DNA from: Candidatus Omnitrophota bacterium | Lineage (GTDB): Bacteria > Omnitrophota > Gorgyraeia > 2-01-FULL-45-10 | Direction of reading: 5' to 3' | Assembly (NCBI GenBank): GCA_023247385.1 | Contig: JAHFGO010000003.1 | Coordinates: 1-33,038, forward strand | DNA: 33,038 nucleotides | In this document: in pieces, positions 23,973-30,994 of the stretch | How positions within the stretch are numbered: position 1 is the stretch's first letter | How the letters are laid out: every line of letters begins with the position of its first letter | Notes under the pieces: generated by a model | The model's database searches: none | Told to the model about the DNA's origin: nothing | The model's input: the letters and a program-made list of their open reading frames with translations, nothing else | Program-made: the position numbers and the translations under genes

Positions 23973-25514
23973 TTATTTAAGAAGGGTTGTCACATATTTA
24001 TGCAGGGCCACCGGCTCTACGGACGAACGATTTCCTACGATCAAGACCTTCATCGCTCCTGCAGCATTTCCGATGAAACCCACGATATCGATCGGGATGT
24101 CTTTATATACACAGGGCGAGGTTATAGAAAAATACGCATCGCCAGCACCAATCCTATCCACCACCTCCTTGGAGAATACCGGTATCTCGATAAAACCGTC
24201 TTCCTTAGAATAGGCGAGGGCCCCTTTATGCCCGCGGGTGATTATTATCTTCTCGCAGGCGAGCCTCCTACTTATCTTAACGATCAGTTTTTCAAGATTG
24301 GAGACCCTGTCATGGCAGGCAAGCCTGATCTCCGGCTCATCGATACATATATAATCTGCCCTTGGGAATTTTGTGACGACGTTGAAGCCGAAGTTAGCGC
24401 TGTTCGTCTGAACATTTACCGCTAAGTATTTCGATTTCTTGCAAAGGATTTTTAATACCCTATCGGTTATCAGGCCGTGGCCAAAGTCGGCAACCATGAC
24501 CATATCGAACTCATTGAGGCGGGTTTTCAGATAATCGCAGATCTCGTCCTCTATTGTCCTTGGCAGAGGCATGCCGTCCGACAGATAGCATATCTCAAAT
24601 AATTTGTTCAAGAAACTGGGATCGACGAACCTGCGCTTCACCACTACAGGTGCATCGCCTCTGTAGTAAAAATTGCTCCTGACATTCCCTTTCAGGTGTT
24701 TGGGGATGAAATTCCTGTAATCATTGATTGTGCCGATACAGCTTAGCAGCGTGACATCCTTGCAAAATCCAGCCACGTGATTTGCCGCCGCCAGCACCCC
24801 GCCTGCGAAGATCTCTTCGTTCATGAACCTTGTTGCGATGATGTTGTCTTTCTGCGCTTTCCCCATCCCTATGCAATAGTGGTATTCATCTATGATTATG
24901 TCTCCGATAAGCAGGATCTTCACATCCTTGATTCCGTCGAGATGCCTGGTTATATCTCTCGAGGTGTAGCGGTTTTTAAATCTAATAAAAAAATCCTGGG
25001 CCTCTTTGGGATATGGGGCAAAATAACTGTTTATGAGAGCGGAGGAGCTGAATGATATCTCATCGGTAAAATGGAGGAAACCGCCTACTGACTTGACCGC
25101 CTCTTCCTCTTCGTAAATCCTTCCAGTGATATCCTCTCCCCTATTGGCGTAATCACTGCCTTTGACATAGAAATGGGGCTTCAATACCTCTATCGTCTTC
25201 ACAGCTGTGGGCCATTCATTGACCGCCACGAAGTCAACACATTCCATGGCAGCTATACTCTCTGCGCGTAAATTTTGATTAAATACAGGCCTGCCGGGCC
25301 CTTTATTCACATATTCGTCTTTTGTCACAGTAACAACCAATACATCCCCTTTCTGCTTTGCCGCTTCAAAGTGTTTTATATGACCCGGATGAAGCAGGTC
25401 GAATACGCCGTGACAATGAACTATCCTCTTGCCCTTTTTTCTTAAACCTTCCAGGATATCACCAAGCTTCTCAATAGTTTTAATTTTTGAGTAAGAATCT
25501 TGTCTCATCTTCAT
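23973..25514 (-). CDS. Bifunctional HldE/RfaE-like protein with inverted domain order: N-terminal cytidylyltransferase-fold nucleotidyltransferase, C-terminal PfkB sugar kinase
   Basis: 513 aa. The ATG forms an ATGA overlap with the upstream stop. The N-terminal region IVHCHGVFDLLHPGHIKHFEAAKQKGDVLVVTVTKDEYV carries the HxGH nucleotidyltransferase motif. The C-terminal region ILLIGDIIIDEYHY...FAGGVLAAANHVAGF...DRIGAGDAYFS...GNAAGAMKV carries the PfkB/ribokinase signatures. Confidence 0.7.
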   Translation of the reverse strand: MKMRQDSYSKIKTIEKLGDILEGLRKKGKRIVHCHGVFDLLHPGHIKHFEAAKQKGDVLVVTVTKDEYVNKGPGRPVFNQNLRAESIAAMECVDFVAVNEWPTAVKTIEVLKPHFYVKGSDYANRGEDITGRIYEEEEAVKSVGGFLHFTDEISFSSSALINSYFAPYPKEAQDFFIRFKNRYTSRDITRHLDGIKDVKILLIGDIIIDEYHYCIGMGKAQKDNIIATRFMNEEIFAGGVLAAANHVAGFCKDVTLLSCIGTINDYRNFIPKHLKGNVRSNFYYRGDAPVVVKRRFVDPSFLNKLFEICYLSDGMPLPRTIEDEICDYLKTRLNEFDMVMVADFGHGLITDRVLKILCKKSKYLAVNVQTNSANFGFNVVTKFPRADYICIDEPEIRLACHDRVSNLEKLIVKISRRLACEKIIITRGHKGALAYSKEDGFIEIPVFSKEVVDRIGAGDAYFSITSPCVYKDIPIDIVGFIGNAAGAMKVLIVGNRSSVEPVALHKYVTTLLK

Positions 25515-26506
25515 TTAGAAAGGTATTGAAACCATTCCTTCGTAGCTTCTCTGATCTTTTCAGGTGTCCATACCGGAGCGCTTCTCCAGTATTCGATCTT
25601 ATCAAGAATCGTTTTAACGCCTTCTTCAAAGGCAACCTTAGGAACCCAACCCAATATCCGCTTTATCTTAGCGATGTGGGCATGAGTGCGGTCCGGCTCT
25701 CCCGGCCTCTTCGGAATATGGACAATGTCACCGCCTAAAAGCTTCGTCAAATAATTGATGCTGTAAGTATTTCCTGATCCGACGTTCATCGTCTCCTGGT
25801 CGCACGTGGATTCAGCAGCCATTAAAAATGCGTTTACCGCATCCGTCACATAGACAAAATCTCTTGTCTGGGTGCCGTCGCCAACAACGGTGAACGGCTT
25901 ATTATTGAGTTTCTGAGCCAAAAATACCCCGAATACGGCGCCATAGGTACCTGATGTCCGCGAGCGCGGGCCGTACACATTAAATAGCCTTAAAGAGATG
26001 ACAGGCAATTTATATACCTGCCCCCAGTGAAGGATCGTCTCTTCTCCCAGATATTTCGTCAGCGCATATGGGTACTGAGGCTTGATGGGGGCTGTTTCCG
26101 CTGTGGGATAAACGTCCGGTATGCCATAGCAAGACGACGATGCAGCGTAAACAAGCCTATCGACTCCGGCTAATCGCGATGCCTCAGCCACACACATGGT
26201 ACCGATGACATTGGAGTTATAATAGATAGATGGATTCACAATAGACGGAACTATATCTGCTAAGGCGGCAATATGAAATACTACGTCGATGCCTTTAAAA
26301 TGCGCCTTTATCTTATCCAGATGAGATATATCCTCTTTGACAATGGTAAGATTTACATTATCCTTCTGATGCGCCAGATTCTCAAGGTTCCCAGTCGAGT
26401 AATTATCTATCACGGTAACCAAATGGCCTTTCTCCAACAACGCATCAACTAAATGGCTGCCGATAAATCCAGCCCCTCCAGTAACCAAACATCTCTCTCC
26501 TCTCAT
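25511..26506 (-). CDS. NAD-dependent NDP-sugar epimerase/dehydratase (extended SDR, WbpP / UDP-hexose 4-epimerase-like)
   Basis: 331 aa. The ATG forms an ATGA overlap with the upstream stop. Motifs: VTGGAGFIGSHL, ASSSCYG...YALTKYLGE (S/Y/K triad), LRLFNVYGPRS, VGDGTQTRDFVYVTD. Confidence 0.8.
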   Translation of the reverse strand: MRGERCLVTGGAGFIGSHLVDALLEKGHLVTVIDNYSTGNLENLAHQKDNVNLTIVKEDISHLDKIKAHFKGIDVVFHIAALADIVPSIVNPSIYYNSNVIGTMCVAEASRLAGVDRLVYAASSSCYGIPDVYPTAETAPIKPQYPYALTKYLGEETILHWGQVYKLPVISLRLFNVYGPRSRTSGTYGAVFGVFLAQKLNNKPFTVVGDGTQTRDFVYVTDAVNAFLMAAESTCDQETMNVGSGNTYSINYLTKLLGGDIVHIPKRPGEPDRTHAHIAKIKRILGWVPKVAFEEGVKTILDKIEYWRSAPVWTPEKIREATKEWFQYLSK

Positions 26507-28236
26507 CTCTCCACCCCTTGAAAAACCAACTCTTTAAGTTTATACCTAAGAGGATACTCACCTGGCGGAGGCAGGATAGGAAAATCCTTATGCAAAAGGT
26601 CCTTATAAGAAATATCCGGATAGTGAGTTAGTATCTCGCCGTTGACAAAGAGCTCGTTATCGCGATACCGCACAACAATAAATTCTTTCGGATCGAGCAT
26701 CTCCTCCCCCAAATTTGTAATCCTCTGACAGGTGGATGGCTTTTCGTCCCCAGATCTTCTTAACAACTCCCATTCCCCGAGAGCAATAGCTTTATATTTA
26801 AGAAATCGAACCGGGTCTTTTGAGTCGGTATACAATACATTAAGCGAAAACTCAAGGCTGTGGAACGATCTCACGCCTGAATTTTTTAGCGGTGTGTCAT
26901 CGATAGCGTCAATCAAAAATGTCGCATTCGGCGGAAGGCTTGGAAATCGCATGGTAAAAGCATTCCAGAATTTCTTTTCGCTATCCCATGCCTTGAAGTA
27001 TAGGTCTATATTGATATTATTGAACAAAACTCCCGCCGCTAAACAAAATGCTATAAATAAATTCATCCATCTCGATCTAATGCTGGGTGCATAGAAAATA
27101 CAATATAGAAAATAGATCAGCCCACCTATGAGAACAGCGTCACCAAACTGCAGGATTATACCGTGCCTATTCTGAAAACCGATGCCGGGTGCGCGGTCCG
27201 TGTATAAATATAGCAATATAGGGGGTATTAAAAGAACGGCGGCTAAAATAAAAATATCCCGCGTTGAAATCCATGCCGCCTTTAAGGATAATCGAACTGG
27301 CTTAAATATATCGGCTCTATTCAGTAGATATAAGCATAGAAAGAACGCAACCAGCCCTAATGACATTGACCATGATGTTGAATAGCGAAAGATGATCCCG
27401 TTCTTCAAATATGAAATCCAGTGATATGACATAAGCATCGCCAAAAGGAATAGGATTTTTCTTCCGTCGAGGAAAAAGCGCACATCTTGCGCATATATAC
27501 CGGAGCAAACGCCGAAAGGTTTATAGGCCATCTTATAGAAGCTTATAGGTAGACACAGCAGAAAGAATGGAAACCATGTCATCAGGGTTTTGTTTAGTAA
27601 AGCTTTATGGCCGAGCGGCTTTTTGGAAAGTATATACCAGATAAAAAAAAGCCTGGCCGGTTCCAGCGCAACGGCCCCTTCAATTAAAACATAATGGGAG
27701 ATGCCGGATAGAATAAGAGCGATTGTCAAGAAAACCCATCTCGCGTCGCGCGCCAGTGCCCTTTCGGTAAGATAAAATGATATTATCGTAAACATGACCC
27801 CCAGACGATATGGCAGGTTGCCATAAAATGGCAATGCGGTATGAATAGGAAAAATTATGAATGCAATAGCCGCAAAGAATGCAAAAAAACGTTTAGTTTT
27901 GAACAGGTTGTTCAATAATGTATAAAGATAAACGGATGAGACGATCTGTATAAAAATGCTTGCGGAATTCCATAGAGGATAAGCGTAGTCGATCTTCTTG
28001 TGAAGCGAATAAAAATAGTATTGAAATATGCCAAGAGGTACTCTCCTAAGCTGCGTAAACCCCATGTCGAGAAATTGCTTCAATCTGCCGGTTGAATATG
28101 CAGATAGGATCCAGCAATTATCGTCCCAGAAGATATCCCGCAGGAACCATAATCGTGCGACGCTAAGGATCCCTACCACAATTATCAGTGGCAAAAAGAA
28201 ATTTCTATCTCTATCACAATAGCGTTCTTCTGCCAT
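26503..28236 (-). CDS. Uncharacterised polytopic membrane protein with a C-terminal soluble domain (tandem paralog B); possible GT-C-type glycosyltransferase or polymerase
   Basis: 577 aa. The ATG shares one base with the upstream stop (TAATG). There are about 11-13 hydrophobic segments. The first loop after TM1 carries RDIFWDDNCWILSAYSTG. A roughly 150-aa non-hydrophobic C-terminus follows (AWDSEKKFWNAF...DPKEFIVVRYRDNELFVNGEIL). I do not recognise the family. Confidence 0.5.
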   Translation of the reverse strand: MAEERYCDRDRNFFLPLIIVVGILSVARLWFLRDIFWDDNCWILSAYSTGRLKQFLDMGFTQLRRVPLGIFQYYFYSLHKKIDYAYPLWNSASIFIQIVSSVYLYTLLNNLFKTKRFFAFFAAIAFIIFPIHTALPFYGNLPYRLGVMFTIISFYLTERALARDARWVFLTIALILSGISHYVLIEGAVALEPARLFFIWYILSKKPLGHKALLNKTLMTWFPFFLLCLPISFYKMAYKPFGVCSGIYAQDVRFFLDGRKILFLLAMLMSYHWISYLKNGIIFRYSTSWSMSLGLVAFFLCLYLLNRADIFKPVRLSLKAAWISTRDIFILAAVLLIPPILLYLYTDRAPGIGFQNRHGIILQFGDAVLIGGLIYFLYCIFYAPSIRSRWMNLFIAFCLAAGVLFNNINIDLYFKAWDSEKKFWNAFTMRFPSLPPNATFLIDAIDDTPLKNSGVRSFHSLEFSLNVLYTDSKDPVRFLKYKAIALGEWELLRRSGDEKPSTCQRITNLGEEMLDPKEFIVVRYRDNELFVNGEILTHYPDISYKDLLHKDFPILPPPGEYPLRYKLKELVFQGVER

Positions 28237-29969
28237 TAGCCCACCAACTCTTTAAGTTTATATCTAAGGGGATATTCTCCCGGCACAGGCAGCCTCGGGA
28301 AATCTTTATTTAAAAGCCCCTTATAGGGAATATCCGGATAACGATCGAGGATCTCACGATTGACAAGGAGCTCCTCGTCCCGATATCGGACTATGATAAA
28401 TTCCTTCGGATCCAAAATATCTTTCCCCCAATTCGTAATTCTTTCATAGATTGATGAATCTTGGATTCTTTTAGACTTTCGTATCAGATCCCACTCATCG
28501 AAGGCAACAGCTTTATGTTTGAGAAACTGTGACGCATCTTTTGAACAAGTATATAAAACATTCAAGGAAAACTCAAGGCTATGAAATGATCTCAGTCCTG
28601 AGTTTTTTAGCGGTGTATCGTCGACAGCGTCTATCAAGAATACGCCTTTTTCAGGTATGCTCGGAAATTTTTTGGTAAAGGCGTTCCAGAACCCTTTCTC
28701 GCTTTCCCATGCCTTGAAATAGAGATCCAGATTCACATTATTGAACAATACCCCACCCCCCAGACAAAGCGCTGTAAATAGATTGAGCCATCTTGATCTG
28801 ACGGCTGATGTATATAGTGTAGAATATAAAAGATATATTAGACCACCGATGAGAACGGCGTCACCGAACTGCAAAATTATACCATGCCTATTCGGGAAAC
28901 CGATGCCTGGTGCCCGGTCAGTAGCCAGATACAGCAAAATGGGGGGCAATAAGAGAAAGAGCGCTAAAATAAAGACGTCCCGAACCGATCTCCATGCGGC
29001 TTTCATGGTTAAATTAAGCGGTTTAAATATATCGGCCCGATTTAGTAGATATACGCATAGAATAAATGCGACCAATCCTAATGATACAGACCATGATGTC
29101 GAATAGTGAAAAACGATCCCTGTTTTCAAGTATGAGATCCAATGGTATGATATGAGCATACCTAAAAGAAATAATATCGTATGCCAATTTAAAAAGAACC
29201 GCACATTCTGCGCATATGTGCCTGCATATATTCCAAAGGGTTTATAGAACGTCTTGTAGAGACTTAGCGGCAGGCATATTAGAAAAAAAGGAAGCCAGAT
29301 CATCAGGCTTTGCTTTAGCGAAGCCTTCGTATCGACCATCTTCGGACGAAGGATATGCCATATCAGAAATAACCGCGCCGGTTCCAGCACAACCGTCCCT
29401 TCTATCAATACATAATGAGAGATGGCCGATAGCGTGAGAGCGACACCAAGAAGCAACATCTTCGTATCGCGCGCCAACGCCCTTTGAGTCAAATAAAAAG
29501 AGAGCATGCTAAACATAATTCCTAACCTATATGGGAGGTTGCTATAATACGGCACGGCAGTATGAATCGGAAAAACTATGAATGCGACGCTGACGAAAAA
29601 GGCCAAAATGCCCTTTGCCTTAAAAAGATTTTTCATAAGCATATAAAGAAAGACTGAAGAGGCAACCTCGATAAAGATGCTGATGGAATTCCATATCGCA
29701 TAGGTATAGTCTATATGTTTATGTAGCATAAAGAAATAATATAGAAATATGCCAAAGGGCGCTCTTCTGAGCTGCATAAATCCTGTATCGAGAAACTCTT
29801 TCAGGCTTCCTGTTGAATATGCGGATAATATCCAGCAATTATCATCCCAGAAGATATCGCGCAAAAACCATATCCTCCCGAAACTGAGAATCCCAGTGAG
29901 GATAATAAGCAACAGGAAGAAATTATTATCCCGTTCGTTTAAAGCCGATGTGCTCATTTTGGAAATCAT
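28236..29969 (-). CDS. Uncharacterised polytopic membrane protein with a C-terminal soluble domain (tandem paralog A); possible GT-C-type glycosyltransferase or polymerase
   Basis: 577 aa with an ATG at 29969; an alternative ATG lies four codons downstream. It is colinear with 26503..28236, and roughly two-thirds of residues look identical by eye. Shared blocks: RDIFWDDNCWILSAYSTG, ISHYVLIEG, SYHWISYLK, TDRAPGIGF.NRHGIILQFGDAVLIGGLIY, DDTPLKNSG.RSFHSLEFSLNVLYT, GEYPLRYKLKELV. Confidence 0.5.
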   Translation of the reverse strand: MISKMSTSALNERDNNFFLLLIILTGILSFGRIWFLRDIFWDDNCWILSAYSTGSLKEFLDTGFMQLRRAPFGIFLYYFFMLHKHIDYTYAIWNSISIFIEVASSVFLYMLMKNLFKAKGILAFFVSVAFIVFPIHTAVPYYSNLPYRLGIMFSMLSFYLTQRALARDTKMLLLGVALTLSAISHYVLIEGTVVLEPARLFLIWHILRPKMVDTKASLKQSLMIWLPFFLICLPLSLYKTFYKPFGIYAGTYAQNVRFFLNWHTILFLLGMLISYHWISYLKTGIVFHYSTSWSVSLGLVAFILCVYLLNRADIFKPLNLTMKAAWRSVRDVFILALFLLLPPILLYLATDRAPGIGFPNRHGIILQFGDAVLIGGLIYLLYSTLYTSAVRSRWLNLFTALCLGGGVLFNNVNLDLYFKAWESEKGFWNAFTKKFPSIPEKGVFLIDAVDDTPLKNSGLRSFHSLEFSLNVLYTCSKDASQFLKHKAVAFDEWDLIRKSKRIQDSSIYERITNWGKDILDPKEFIIVRYRDEELLVNREILDRYPDIPYKGLLNKDFPRLPVPGEYPLRYKLKELVG

Positions 29970-30019
29970 TCCTTTTATGTATCAGTTGATGACATATTAT
30001 TATAGCAAGATTAGATGAT

Positions 30020-30048
30020 ATTATATTCAGAAATTCACTATAAAACAA
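30020..30048 (-). promoter_or_regulatory. Candidate sigma70-type promoter upstream of the 577-aa paralog pair
   Basis: On the minus strand the sequence is TTGTTT (30048-30043), a 17-nt spacer, then TATAAT (30025-30020). It sits inside the 107-nt AT-rich gap between 30077 and 29969. A second TATAAT lies about 20 nt further downstream. AAGGA immediately precedes the ATG. Confidence 0.3.
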
Positions 30049-30076
30049 CTATAATTTCTACTGTAGCATACGATGC

Positions 30077-30994
30077 CTATTTAAATCCGAGCCTGAACCT
30101 TAAGAGGGCTGCGATGACTCCTATATATGCTTTATAATTTGCTGGGTATTCGCCCAGCGCCTTAACGTACCATCTCCTTGCCTCGTTAAAGTTCCTTTTA
30201 TGATTATACATCCTCCCCGCCCCGCACATGACCGATGACCTTCGTTTTTTTATCATCTTACGTATGGCTCTATTGCCTGCGTCAAGAGCCGCAAAATGAG
30301 AATCCAAAATGCGAAGGACATTTACGGTATCCGCATCTATGTTTCCCATCATAAGGCCGTTATCGACAACCCTATAGCATCCCAACACATCGCTTATCAG
30401 ATAGAAACGATACCTTTGGGCTAAGCGCAACCAGTATTCATAATCCTCGGCCGCAAAGAAATTTCTGTCTTCAGAAAATCTGTAACCGTCTTTATAGAAT
30501 ATGCTGCTGCGAATTACAACGGCAGACGTTCCGACACAGCTGCCTTCAAAGAGAAGCCTCCTATACAGCCCTTCCGTGTATGGGCCAAATGACGCATTCC
30601 TTATTATCTTGCCGTCATGCATTATAGCCAGATTATGGCAGACTACACCTATATCTGGCATATCATCGAAGGCCGTTTTGCATTTCCTTAATTTGTCTTT
30701 GTACCAGAAATCATCTCCGTCCAAAAATGCGATGAGATTGCCTCTTGCAAGGCCCATTCCTTTATTTCGCGGGCACGCCGATAAGCCGCAATTGGTTTCA
30801 TATACATACCTTATTCTCTTGTCGGAGAAGGAGGCCACGATCTCTTTTGTGTTGTCTGTGGAGCCGTGATCTACCACTATCACCTCGAAATCGCGAAAGG
30901 TCTGGCTCAGAACAGACTCTATCGTCTGGCGCAGAAAAAGGCCCTTGTTATGGGTTGTGATCACCACGCTAAACTCGCAAGTGCCTTCACTCAT
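30077..30994 (-). CDS. GT2 glycosyltransferase (WcaA/EpsJ-like soluble type)
   Basis: 305 aa. The ATG forms an ATGA overlap with the upstream stop. Blocks: FSVVITTHNKGLFLRQTIESVLSQT, VIVVDHGSTDNT, FLDGDDFWYKDKL. The C-terminus is helical and repeat-like (ARRWYVKALGEYPANYKAY). Confidence 0.8.
   Translation of the reverse strand: MSEGTCEFSVVITTHNKGLFLRQTIESVLSQTFRDFEVIVVDHGSTDNTKEIVASFSDKRIRYVYETNCGLSACPRNKGMGLARGNLIAFLDGDDFWYKDKLRKCKTAFDDMPDIGVVCHNLAIMHDGKIIRNASFGPYTEGLYRRLLFEGSCVGTSAVVIRSSIFYKDGYRFSEDRNFFAAEDYEYWLRLAQRYRFYLISDVLGCYRVVDNGLMMGNIDADTVNVLRILDSHFAALDAGNRAIRKMIKKRRSSVMCGAGRMYNHKRNFNEARRWYVKALGEYPANYKAYIGVIAALLRFRLGFK

Noticed and set aside
2838-27508. Short same-strand nested ORFs in alternative frames (2838..3056, 4702..4899, 5474..5659, 20824..21066, 27317..27508).
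   Set aside because: They lie fully inside longer, well-supported genes in a different frame. They are 60-80 aa, have no motifs and have no ribosome-binding context, so they are most likely chance ORFs.
26503-29969. The direct 1.7-kb duplication might be a mobile element, an assembly duplication or a repeat array.
   Set aside because: The copies are clearly diverged at both nucleotide and protein level, with substitutions spread throughout and indels at both ends. Both reading frames are intact. There are no flanking inverted repeats, transposase or integrase. This is an old tandem gene duplication, not a mobile element or collapsed repeat.
30058-30076. A possible terminator hairpin just after the GT2 stop (minus strand GCAT-CGT-ATGC), plus the AT-only hairpin at 10299-10314.
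   Set aside because: The stems are only 4-6 bp. They either lack GC content or lack a following U-tract, so they are not credible intrinsic terminators.
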